Source: the human T2T-CHM13v2.0 reference genome, Homo sapiens. From it: a DNA stretch of 64,000 nt. A model generated the notes under the pieces. That model had not been told where the DNA came from. It did no database searches and saw nothing but the letters and a program-made list of their open reading frames with translations. Position numbers and translations under genes: made by a program. Positions 19,688 through 34,377 of this stretch are shown here, piece after piece; within the stretch, counting starts at the first letter, position 1, and every line of letters starts with the position of its first letter. The stretch lies in assembly GCF_009914755.1 (NCBI RefSeq), contig NC_060930.1. One strand, 5' to 3'.

Positions 19688-21432
19688 ATGGCCCAGGGGT
19701 TTGGGGCCCCCGTTCTAAGTACTTACTATTTTTAGCAAATATTTTGTCTGATTAAATTTATTAGTTGGTGTATGTCACTGACAACTTAGAACCCTGACTA
19801 ATATATACAGCCCATACTTAGTGGATAACTATGTGTGGGATATAGTATAATCATGGGTTTCCTTTTAGGAGGGGATTTATAGAACCATTTCTTCATGTAT
19901 GTTCAGGGCCAAGGCTAATGTTATTTTTATTAAATGCCCAAGTCATTTGCTCTCTAGTTTATTTCAGGTTGATTTATTTCATTGAAGACCTTAGGCCTTG
20001 ACTCCAGGCTTGTTGCAATTTTTGTTTGTAAGCCCTGAAACAGAGATTCTATTCTCCCTGAGGGAGAAATGGTTATGAAGAGAGCTTCTCATGTTAGGAT
20101 GTAGTGGCTGGTGTCAGGCAGTGATTTCCTTATCATCACCGTTGTGATTATCTTGGTATACATATATTGCTGATAATTGATATTCTGTATGAAAAGCCTG
20201 TTTAACTCACTTCTCATCCCAAGTGAAGGGCCATCCTGAGCCTGAGTTTCCCTCTGGAACTCTCTTTATGTTGCTGAGAAGCACAGTGCCTCCTGGCAGA
20301 TTAGCTTTCAGTCTGTGAAAGCAGATACTTTCAAATGGGAAAATGTCATGCAAGGTGAACTTTGGTATTTTCACAGCAGGCAAATTCTTAGCACCCTCAG
20401 TATAAAAACACTAGTGAATCACGTTTATGGTTTTGTAACCATTACAATGAGAACAGACAGTGACATTCAAATCTCGGAAAATTGAACCCTTGATATTGAT
20501 TGTTAATGTGGAAAACTTGAAGAAGCAGGTAGAACACTGTGATCTTACGATGTGAATTCTCTAATCAGAGCATACAGATCAGTCAAATATATGACTTATT
20601 GATTTTTGGAGAAACAAGCTAATTTGTATGCAAGATATGAAAATACTAGAAGTTTTCGCCCTTGATTCAGAATAAGCAATGAGAGTCAAGGTCTTATGCA
20701 GTAAATTTGAAGTTATGTTAAGTAGTATATACTTTCAATATTTTAACAGAAGGGATCATCAGTTTTCTCATACATGTAGCTACATATTTAAAACAGTATT
20801 ATTTGCATTTATATTTTAATTTCTGTTTTATCTCATATTAATTTATTAATACAGATGTAATGCTATTAAGAACCAAGCATACTATTCTAAATATCTAAAA
20901 GATCTCCACCACACAGAATTATAAACTTCTGCTGCCCACATTTGAACATACTTCTTTTCTGCAGTCTCATCTCTGTAAACTTTGCTCACTTAAAAAACTA
21001 CTCATTTAGAGCTTTATCTCCAATTTCTAGTACTTTGGAGGCTAAAAATGCAGTTGGCTGAGTTACCCTGACCTGTTAAAGCAGTCTTTCCATTTTAACT
21101 TAAGTTCACCTTAAGAAACATAGATTATCGTTGGACAAATGGTGTTGGATGAATTCTGCTTCCTAAAACAATAATGTAAGTAGATTAGTATTTGAGCGTT
21201 GTGGCATTTTATCAGAACAATTTAAATTTCCCCCCAATCTCTTCAATCACATCTTACAAATATTTGAAAACAATTATTTCCTCACTCTGGATAACCCTGT
21301 TGTACTTGCAGCCTCTCCTCCTTGCGACCTTCTTTTCTCCTTGGTGCTGTGTTCTGCAGCTGGCTCTTCATTTAAATTCCACCACAAATTAGTTGGCTTG
21401 GGTTTTTAGTGTTCTGCTTTAAGTAAGAGGGG

Positions 21433-21632
21433 CCTCTCCCCCTCTCCCCTCTCCCCCTCTCCCCTCTCCCCCTCTCCCCTCTCCCCCTCTCCCCTCTCCC
21501 CCTCTCCCCTCTCCCCCTCTCCCCTCTCCCCCTCTCCCCTCTCCCCCTCTCCCCTCTCCCCCTCTCCCCTCTCTCCCTCTCCCCTCTCCCCCTCTCCCCT
21601 CTCCCCCTCTCCCCTCTCCCCGTCTCCCTCTC
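21433..21632 (+). repeat. Homopyrimidine tandem repeat, 15-bp period (CTCCCCTCTCCCCCT)n, about 12-13 copies
   Basis: Directly visible and almost pure C/T; gives the ERGRG/EGRGG pseudo-ORFs on the minus strand. Confidence 0.95.
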
Positions 21633-22399
21633 TTTTTTTGGCAAAGAGTAATCTTTAGGCAGTCGTAGCTTCTCCCAAAGCTTAAGACTAGAGCATTGCT
21701 GCTTAGGTAGAATAATGTGTAGAGAGAACTGTCATGTTTCAGAATGACTTTGAGAAACCCCAAATCCCAAAATTGTTTTAATCTTTAAATGACGTTGAGA
21801 TTTTTATATCAAAAGTATTAAATAATTGTATGTAGCCTTTTGTTGGTAGATATTCTAATTTGGTAGGATTAAAACACATTGTCCTTTAAAAGCTTACTAG
21901 TTATAGCTAGTTTTAGTTACAGCCTACATCTTGTGTTTTCATTTTTATGGTTCAAATAGTGCCTGAATTCTAGATTTGCATGAAAACCATGCTTTCTTCT
22001 CAGCGTTTGGCACTTTAGTTGTCCCTCCCTGCCAACTACCCTCTCTACGTACGTATACACTTCAGAGGTTAAATAAGAGGAAGCTAGAATGAGTCCGAAT
22101 AGTAGATTATAAGGCACAATTACAGTATTAAAATCTCATTCATCTCTGCTCCATTTTTGAAAGAGCATTGGTGGGAAATTATAATTATAGCAATAGCTGA
22201 GTTGGCTCCTTGTGACACAGATTTATAATGTTAGATATTAGGGATACTTATTTTTTTTTTTCCATCCAAAGTCTAATTTTCCGAGTCCCTTGGAATTTTA
22301 GATCTTGCCTTTCTCCAGGGACCATCTGGTTTGGAAAAGGTACAAAGACTGTGAGCTGTGGTATGGGCATGTGGGAGAGATACTAGCACAAGGCACTAA

Positions 22400-22700
22400 A
22401 CAAATAGAGGAGAGAGATGGCTAAGGCAGAAAGAGCAGGAGAGCCAAGGGGAGGGAGTTAATAAGGCAAGAACAATAAAAAAGGGTGGTTGGTGAAGAAG
22501 GTGTTGTGGTGAAAAGGAAGAGGAGATTGAGGAGAGAGAATGTAGAGAAAAATAAATGGTGATAAAAGGATGGAGGGAGAATGGATTCAAAGGCAGAAAA
22601 ATTAGTAATAAAAGAGCAGTTAAAGGAGAGGAGGAAGTAGAGAGTAGAGGAGGGTGAGGAAAGGAAGGTTAGAAAGGTGGTGAGGAAGGAAGAAAGAAAT
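22400..22700 (+). repeat. GA-rich low-complexity tract
   Basis: Strongly purine-biased sequence with no discrete unit. Confidence 0.6.
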
Positions 22701-23235
22701 GGATTGACTCCATATCCAGTGTTCTGCTAACATTGGTGGTAGTCACTGCTGTTAGCTACATGGTCTGTTTATATTGAAGGTGAAATCACAGCAGTATAGG
22801 GCAGATCAAGTGGCGTTTAATGCTTCACAGTTCCTGGAGGTGAATGGATGAACAATGAATGATTTGCATCTTTTTACTTTTGTAAAGAGTCATGAAGTTA
22901 AACAGAATTAAGTGAATCATCAAATCACCTTGTTTTCCTCTGAAAAAAAATGAAGTATATGCTTTGGAAAGAGAATTTATTTGTGTAGCAATAACAGTTT
23001 ATTAAATACATGAAAAGTTGAATTTTACATATTTCATTCAAGATAGGAGAAAAAAGAAAACTTAAGCTAAACTTTTAAAAGATGAAAGGTATTATAAAGC
23101 AGCTTTTGGTGACATTTATTGTGGAGCCCTTGTTTTGAGATACGCGGTTTTTTTTTGAGAACTGTTGTTGCTGACCAGGGAATATTTTAAAACTAGAAAC
23201 AGGACCTTCATTAACTTGGAGTTATTCAGAAGTCA

Positions 23236-23619
<384 letters not shown>

Positions 23620-24564
23620 CTAAAGAGGGCCTTTCTGTGTAAAGTGAAGTTCTGCCTAGGATTGGTCCTTCCTGTGTAAGTGAAGGTCTGGTGTGGAGCA
23701 CTTCAGTTATCACTTGATGGATTCCTAGCTGGCTACACTTGATACTTGTATCTTTAAATTTTTCTTGATTTGTATTTTTGTGTGGGGCAATTTTACCTAA
23801 TATATTATTCCATTCAGAGAATAGAGGAATTTAATCAGCATGAAATCTTGGAATGTTCATATCTCAGAATAACTAATTAAATATATAATAGGCCATTGTG
23901 AAAGTTGGCCTTACTGGTCTATTAGATTGAATATAAAAAGGGACAGCTGAAGAAAAATTATTTTGCTTAAAATAAAAACATTCTTTTAAAAGTTTGCTTT
24001 GGAGAGCAGGAAGCAATTGTATTGTAAGTATGTGTAATTATCTGCATTCCTTTCCAACCTCTTGGGGATCAAATTGGTTTTCTCCAGGAAAGGCAATTAT
24101 ATGCAGGAGGCCACTTTTCGTTGAATTAGTGTGTGTTGCATGTGGTGCATCCCACAAACCTGAAATCAGAGATGTACTGCTATGATTTATAATACCCATT
24201 AATTACAGCTTTGTATTAAAGGCTCTTAGTTTTCTGCTTCAGTAAACCTAAATTCTCCCTTTGAAGAAGAATTGCTTACATTAGGTCTTATGCTAACTAG
24301 TGAATCCTGTCTTTTGGAATCTCATCAAGGGTACTTCATGCAGCAAGAACTTCTCAGTTGGCTTTAAATGGGCTTTGCTGAAGCTGTTTAACATTGTAGG
24401 GTGATGAGATAACTGGAAGAGATTCTGGTCTTGTGATGGGGAGGCGGCACACAACATGATTCAAAGCATTAATCAAAAAGTATTTATGCACCAGATGTTT
24501 ATCGTCCTTATAGCACCATGCCAGACTTTGTACCGTATCTGATGTACACACTTTCCAGCTAGCT

Positions 24565-24720
24565 CAGTGGTTCTTAACCCCAGCTGTTCTTTAGATTAAC
24601 CTGGAAAACTTTTTTTAAAAAGTGCTCTGTTTTCACCCCAGAAGAATTAAATACTAGGCATGGATGTTTGTAAAGGGCCCCTTGTTGAATCTAATATGCA
24701 GTCAAGACTGAAAACACAAG
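24565..24720. mobile_element. MER5-like hAT-Charlie relic
   Basis: CAGTGGTTCTTAACC terminal motif and degenerate opposite end. Confidence 0.45.
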
Positions 24721-25334
24721 TCTATTCAGTCCTTCATAGTGGCTTTTTACTTGAAAAGTTAGATTTCCCCTTCCCTTTGTTTTCAGCTTCTTATTCCTTC
24801 CAGAAGTAAATGATGTGACCAAGCAAAACAAACGAACAAAACCGGGTTGCATTATTTTTTCCTGAGCTTCTGTGATAGTTTCATTCTATATTTGGGGGAC
24901 AAATATTTCCCTGGCAACCCTCTTAAGTTTTGTAACTTTACCTTCCACCACCCCTGCGCCCTATCTGAGGAATATCTAGTCTAAGTCTAAGGTCTCTTTG
25001 CTAAACTTGAATAACTTTGCCAGAGACCTGCTTTTCAGTGGGGCTCTACTGTTTGTTTGTTTTTTTTTCTCTGTGAATATTTAAAATCACATTTCGACTT
25101 AGAAAAGTTTTGAAATTAGGATGATAGTGTTTTTCATTACATCTTTTCTTGTGCAAATTACTCATTAAACTTCATTTTGTTTAGATTTCACATGCTTGAG
25201 GAATTTGTAGATATTATCCACCCATTTTTTAAGGAAAGGAAGCATGATTAAGTATAGACTAATCTTCCAAAGCATCAGTTTGTCCATTTGAAAAATGTTT
25301 GTGTTTGCTATCTACTTTTTCTGCAATTCTGCTA

Positions 25335-25336
<2 letters not shown>

Positions 25337-25365
<29 letters not shown>

Positions 25366-25646
25366 GAGACGGAGTCTCGCTCTGTCACCCAGGCTGGAGT
25401 GCAGTGGCGCCATCTTGGCTCACTGCAAGCTCCGCCTCCCGGGGTTCATGCCATTCTCCTGCCTCAGCCTCTGAGTAGCTGAGACTACAGGCACCTGCCA
25501 CCATGCCCGGCTAATTTTTTGTTTTTTTAGTAGAGACAGGGTTTCACCTTGTTAGCCAGGATGGTCTCTATCTCCTGACCTCGTGATCTGCCCGCCTCAG
25601 CCTCCCAAAGTGCTGGGATTACAGGCGTGAGCCACCGCGCCCAGCT
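25337..25646 (-). mobile_element. AluY with a long pure poly(T) tail
   Basis: GCAAGCTCCGCC, GCCATTCTCC, TTAGCCAGGATGG and CCTCGTGATC diagnostics; TSD TCTGCTATCTTT. Confidence 0.94.
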
Positions 25647-26364
25647 TCCTCTGCTATCTTTAAAAACATTTAAAATTTTTTTCATTTTTATGTGTACATA
25701 GTAGGTGTATACCTGCCATTTTAAATTTGAATATATTTGGAAATAATACTCTACTTGTGGCGGGTATTCCTAAATGATGTTGCAAGAAGTTAAGCAGGGA
25801 GAATACTACTACTGCTGCTGCTGCTGTTTGAATGTGGCCTCTCCCAAATCCAGGTGTTGCCAGTGTGAGACTATTAAGAGGTGGGGGCCTTTAAGAGGTG
25901 ATTAAAGAGGTGTACTCAGTTTATGATCCCTATTTAATAGGTGAGAAGAAAGTGGAGGCTAGTGTGTGAGAGAGCCCAGGTTTGCCAGACACCAGAGCCA
26001 AGCTTTTAACCTATGCTGTTCAGCCTTTTCTCCTACCTCTGTGCACTTCAATGCTGACACTGGCATAGAACTCCTGGTAGCATACTCTTTTTTTCCAGGG
26101 GAGCATATTGACTTGATTTGCTTTAGATTCTTTGTTTCTTTCCTCCCAATATTGAGCATTAGGCAATCGGCTGCTCTGGGCATCGTTTATTTGCGTGCAG
26201 TGGAATAGGCACTGAGGAATGCAGGCATGCTTTGAGGCTCCGTCATGAAGGGAGAGCCAGAAGGGCCTATGGAGAACAATTAATATGTTTCCTCTCACAG
26301 ATATAAATACAGTTTGATTGGTGACTGTATTTTCTTTTAGCCTCCTCCCTTCCTCCTCCTACAA

Positions 26365-26750
26365 CTTTTTTGTAATCAGCTTCGAAGTATAACTCACATA
26401 TCATACAATTACTCATTTAAAGTATATAATTCAATGGTTTTTAAGTGTTCACAGAGTTGTGCAACCATCACTTCAATTTCAAAACATTTTCATCATCCCC
26501 AAAAGAAACCCTGTAACTATTAGCTTTCATCCCCAATCTACCCATCCTCCCAGACCTAGACAAACACTAATCTACTTTCCCACTCCATAGATTTGCGTAT
26601 TTTGGACATTTCATATAAATGGAATCATATGTGGTCTGTTGTGACTGGTTTCTTTCAGGTAGCACGTTTTTAAGGTTCATCCATTTTGTAGCATATGTCA
26701 GTACTCCATTCTTTTTTACTGCTGAATGATATTTCATCGTGTGCATATAC
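26365..26750 (-). mobile_element. Old L1M (L1MB-like) 3' fragment
   Basis: CACAGAGTTGTGCAACCATCAC...GGACATTTCATATAAATGGAATCAT motifs. Confidence 0.75.
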
Positions 26751-27897
26751 CAGAATAATGACTGTTTTCTAGCTTGTGCATTTCACTTCTCAAACTCCCA
26801 GCATTGTTTTGACTGCCACAGCCAACGTCCTGCCCCTCACTAATACAGGACATAATAGGCCCAGAGCATGTCAAGGATTTTCCAAAGTTGCATAGCTAGA
26901 CTATGGGTAAAATGGAACTATTCATTCTTTTGCACATTTATCACATTTTTATTGAGTGCCTAACATGCAAAACACTATGTTAGGTTTTATGATATATACA
27001 AACGTAAGAGACATGGCACGTTTCCTTAAAGAACTTAGGATCCTCTAGGGATGTTGAAATATGAAGCAATCTGTGTCTGTGCCCTAAGTGTGTCATGGGC
27101 AAAGTCAGGTTCAGAAGAAGGAGAGAATTGTTTCTGTTTGTGATTTGTGGCTACCAGTTTTCCTGACTCCTAGGTCAGTGTTGTTGTTGTTGTTGTGGTT
27201 TTGTTTGTGTTTTTTTAAAAAAATCATTACCTTACCTCTCTGATGTCGCTTTGGGTGTCCTAGATACACTCTATATTCTACAGGTTTATTCCCATCTCCC
27301 TACCCCCTCATGAACTTAAATATTAAACATGAGTCATTATTGGAATTATTGTAGTTTAAAACTAATAAATAGTAAAATTATTGGAATCTTGAAGGTCATG
27401 GGTCATAATGGACTTAAAAATTTTAGTGTCAGTACCCAGTTGTCCAGAATTTAGAATTGGTAAAATACGTTCAGCTACCAAAATTGCGCAGTGATATCAT
27501 CCTGTTTAATTCAGCTGGAATTTAAGTTAATGGCAGATTTAATGGATGGGACACTTTGTAGCTTTTGCAGACCCTGATAAGCTTTACATAAATACCAAGT
27601 TGCAGCTACTTGAGTGAACTACAGTTCCACAAGAGAAATTCACTTTAGGATATTTTGAAATACCATTCATCTGCTTCAGTTAGATATTTTAGGTACCATG
27701 CCATTCTTTCCTATTTATTAATGTTATATAATATTATACCATGTAAAAAGTATTAGAACGTAACCATCATTGTATTTGCATTATAGCATAATCAGCTGTG
27801 AAAGATGAATTTTCAGATGTATACTTATAGTACTCTTTGCTAAAAATTCTGTAGGCCACCCTGACTCATTGGTTATAATATTGTGTAGTATAAGTAA

Positions 27898-28098
<201 letters not shown>

Positions 28099-28177
28099 TA
28101 AAACTTTATAATAAACTGTAAGAAACCAAAAACAGATTTTACTCATGAATTTTATGAATGAGTTGGATTTTAAGAGA

Positions 28178-28468
<291 letters not shown>

Positions 28469-29499
28469 TAGTTTTATGAAATTGAATTCCTAGTTTTTGA
28501 AAATGATAAGTTATATATTGCTTACAAATACTACTTAATAGTTACAGTTTGGGGCGTATGTATTCATTTAAAAGTAGTATAAAGGTATTTTTAGAATTAA
28601 TAACGTCAAATATCGTACAATATTATTCAGCAAAATTAAAATCCATAGAAGATAGCCTTTCTACTACTTTTCACAAGAAACCAGAATGCTTTCCATTTCT
28701 ATAACATTTGTTGCTTAAAATATTTAAGTGAGCATTTATTTTTATGCCTTGTTGACACATAATTTTTTCATATTCACATATGTCTTAGCTAAATACTACT
28801 ATTGTTAACAACACTACTTGTAATAGATATTTTAGTTAAATTGATATTTTAGTTGAAGACTATAGATTCTTTATTTAAGGGTAGACTGGTAGACAGGAGG
28901 TTATAGTAGTGAGAGTATTGGAGAGGCTGGTAAGGAAAGACTTATTTGTTTAAAACCAGATGATAACCTCTGTGAAGGATAAAGCAAAGTTTGTCTTTGT
29001 GATTATAAGCAATATTTTTAAAAAGTATTATAACCCCTATTTGTGTTGTAAGCTGTTTGCATCTTTTATAGCATAGTATTCCCTGTTCATAACGGATCAT
29101 CTATGTCAGTGATATTGCACAATCATGCACTGCACTAAAATATAAATAAAAATAAATGAAATAACAATAGTAATAGCTAATGTTGATTGTTTTCTGTAAG
29201 TCTGATAACGTGTATGTTTAATACCCGTAATACTATGAGGTGTAGAGATTTCTCACTTTACAAATGAAGAAACTAAGGCACAGAAAGGTAAAGCAGTTTG
29301 TTAATGATCACTTAAACTTGATTAATCCCCTTATCTGTGTTCTTGACCTGCTATACTGCCTTTTAAAAAAATTACTCTATATTCCTTTTCTCAAACATGA
29401 AATACTGTATATTTTTTGTAACAAGTTGAACAAGTAAGAAAGAGGTACGTTGCCACTTAGACTATACATTTCATTTTATTAGTTGTTGTTGTGGTTGTG

Positions 29500-29680
29500 T
29501 TTTTTTTTTGTTTTTTTTTTTTGAGAGAGAGTCTTGTTCTCTCATCCAGACTGGGGTGCTGGGGCATGGTGGCATGATCATAGCTCACTGCAGCCTCGAA
29601 CTCCTGTGCTCAAGTCTTCCTCCTGCCTCTGCCTCCTGGGTAGCTGGGACTGCAGGCAAGAGTCAGAGTGCCTGGCTGCA
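29500..29680 (-). mobile_element. Alu right-arm/FRAM-like monomer
   Basis: GGCATGATCATAGCTCACTGCAGCCTCGAACTCC; poly(T) at the left. Confidence 0.75.
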
Positions 29681-30005
29681 TGTACATTTTTTGATACATA
29701 CAAAAACACATATGAGTTTTTTAGAAATTAACATACTCTACTAAAATTATTTAATCTTGACTTTGTATGAAAGTACCTTCTTCTTAGTTGGAAATTTGCA
29801 AGTGATTTTAGGTTGGCCTGTGCACTAGAATTTATATTGACTTTGAATTAGACAGACATGGGTTTGAGTCTTGACCTGCCAGCGTACTGTGTTCCCTTAG
29901 ACAAGCTCTTTAACATCTCTGAGCCTAAGTTTCCTCATCTGTAAAGTAGTTATCATTTTTTCCAGGGTTCTGTTCTTGTCTTAAAGATGAAAGATAATCG
30001 ATTAA

Positions 30006-30364
<359 letters not shown>

Positions 30365-31439
30365 TCACTAAAAACGGAAAGAAACCCCATAAATTAAGAA
30401 TAGATAATCAGAACTGATTTGTGTGTTGGTTGATAATTCTGAGCATTAACTGACTTTCTTATATAGTAATCCATTTGAAATTGGTTGATTGGCCATAATT
30501 ACTTGGTTAATGTGTTGTAGACTACTAAAAAAAAAGCATCAAACTTTAAAACAATTCTTTCAAGAATAACAGGAATAGGAAAAGTTACAGGTACACTGCT
30601 TTTATTCATAGCCCTTTTATGATTCATCTTGTTTTTCAGGTCTTAACTGAGAGAGAACTAATTATTTTTTTCTGTCTGAGTAGGTGATAGTTTCCAGCTG
30701 TTCTTTGCAGATTTTTAAAAGCTACGTTTTTAAGTGCAATTTAATGTTCTTATTACTGTATTACAGAGGGAAAAGGTTTGCTCTCTCTTTCACAGCTGTA
30801 TATATTATCTCATACACGTGTGGCCTTTAAAGAACATTCAAATGCGCCACTGTCCTCATTATGGAGCTCAGATGGCTGAGGATATAGTGGATAAAGACCT
30901 GGCAACATTTTTAAGAGTGTGTATGTGTTGTGGTTTTTTGGTTGTTGTTGTTTGCTTATCTGTAAACTACTTTGCCTTTTGTAAATCCAGCTAATATATA
31001 TTGCAAGGTCACCAGCCGCGTGGTAGGCAAGATGAAGTCTGAAGGGAAGCTAAAGCAACTAACTATGGTATCAGGCAGAATACGATAATTTACATTACAG
31101 AGTAAGTAGTGTTCAGAGGAAAGGAGAGAGAATGTCTGGATGAAGAAACCAAAGAAGGCAATTTGAAAGGGACCTGAGAAATGAGGAAGATTTATCAAGA
31201 GATGGGGATGGAGTATAAAGAGGTAGTTAGGCAGATGCTGTAGGTAGAGAGAATCTTGTGGGCTGAGAGTTGGTGTCATAAATGCATGACATGTGTTTAG
31301 AGTATGGCAAAGATTCACTTGGAAGTAAGGAGAGGTGAAGAGTGTGGAACAGTGTGAGGAGGTTGAAGTCTGAGTACATTTCTATTTAATTTAGTAAGCA
31401 GTGGAAAACTATGACTTTTTAAATTTAGTTTTTCTTCTT

Positions 31440-33030
<1,591 letters not shown>

Positions 33031-34081
33031 CTTTCTTTTTCTATTACAGACTTTTTGTGTTAGAAACAGACATGATTCGGGATGATTTTTTTCCTGGCTT
33101 ACATGAGGAGAGAAATAAGAGATAAGGAGGTTAGGTTAGAAGCTGTTGAACTAGTCTAGTTGGGAACTTCAGAAGGCTTCGTGGGTGGCCAGTGTGAGAA
33201 CAGAGAGAATGATGGGTAAGTCTGCATGGCTGGGATGGGAAGGATTATGGAAAGAAAAAGTAAGATGAAAATTTGGGTATTGATGCCTGGTGACCAAAGG
33301 GTCAAGATATTGTTGACAAAAATAATTTGGATTTTTTTTTTTTTTGTAATTTAGGGGAAAATGATGAGTTTGGTTTGCAGTATGGTCATTTTGAGTGCAG
33401 ATAGGTTGTTTAAATTGAGTTGTTCAGAAAGAAGTTATAAATCTGAGTCTGTAGCTTAGAAAGGTTATGGCTAGAATTATTTGAAAATCAAATATAGAGG
33501 GACGATAATTTATATTTTTCTTGGGGAAGAGCACTAGTAAGCAAAAGAAATATATAAATCAGAGATTCAGAAGAAAACCTGGTTGGGGGGACCAATTTAA
33601 TAGACATTGGTGGTCAGCACAGTGACATCCTATGGAAGACTGAGGAATATAAGCACAGAAGAAAGGTGCTGAGGGCAGTTTCAGTTCATTGGTATATGCA
33701 AAGGCCAAATCTTAAGGTATTAAGGTGTGTATATGTGAACAATACATTCAGGGATTTTTTCTTTTTTTAAACACAGGAGAAACGTTTATATAAAGAGAAA
33801 AGAGGAACCAGTAGTACCGTGAAAGATTGAAGATGCGTGTGAGGGCAAATTATCTCAAAGCTACAGAGCAAAGATGCTTGATAAGAGAAGGAAGATGTGA
33901 GGGGCACATTAGGGACAGCATCAAGAGACAGGAGAAAGTATCAGCTTTGTCAAGGAGATTAAATACCTATTTTATAGACTCAAGAGGGAAGTAAAAAGTC
34001 TACCAAACACAAGGATTTTTTTGAGGCGAGAGGCTGAGGACCAGCATCAGATGGTCTCCTTGATCCTCTTAGGAAAGTAGA

Positions 34082-34377
34082 TTTTTTTTTGTTGTTGTTA
34101 AGATGGAATCTTGCTTTGTCGCACAGGCTGGAGTGCAGTGGTGCCATCTCTGCTCACAGCAGCCTCCGCCTCCTGGGTTCAATCTATTCTCGTGCCTCAG
34201 CCTCCAGAGTAGCTGGGATTACAGGTGTGACACCACGCCTGGCTAATTTTTGTATTTTTATTAGAGATGGGGATTCATCATGTTGGCCAGGCTGGTCTCA
34301 AACTCCTGACCTCAGGTGATCTACCAGCCTCGGCCTCCCAAAGTGCTGGGATTACAGGCATGAGCCACTGCGCCCGG
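34082..34377 (-). mobile_element. AluSx
   Basis: Dimeric Alu; GATTTTTTTTT on both flanks. Confidence 0.9.

Noticed and set aside
21372-21763. ORFs encoding (ERGRG)n and (EGRGG)n, superficially RGG-box proteins
   Set aside because: Simple translations of the C/T tandem repeat with no gene structure.
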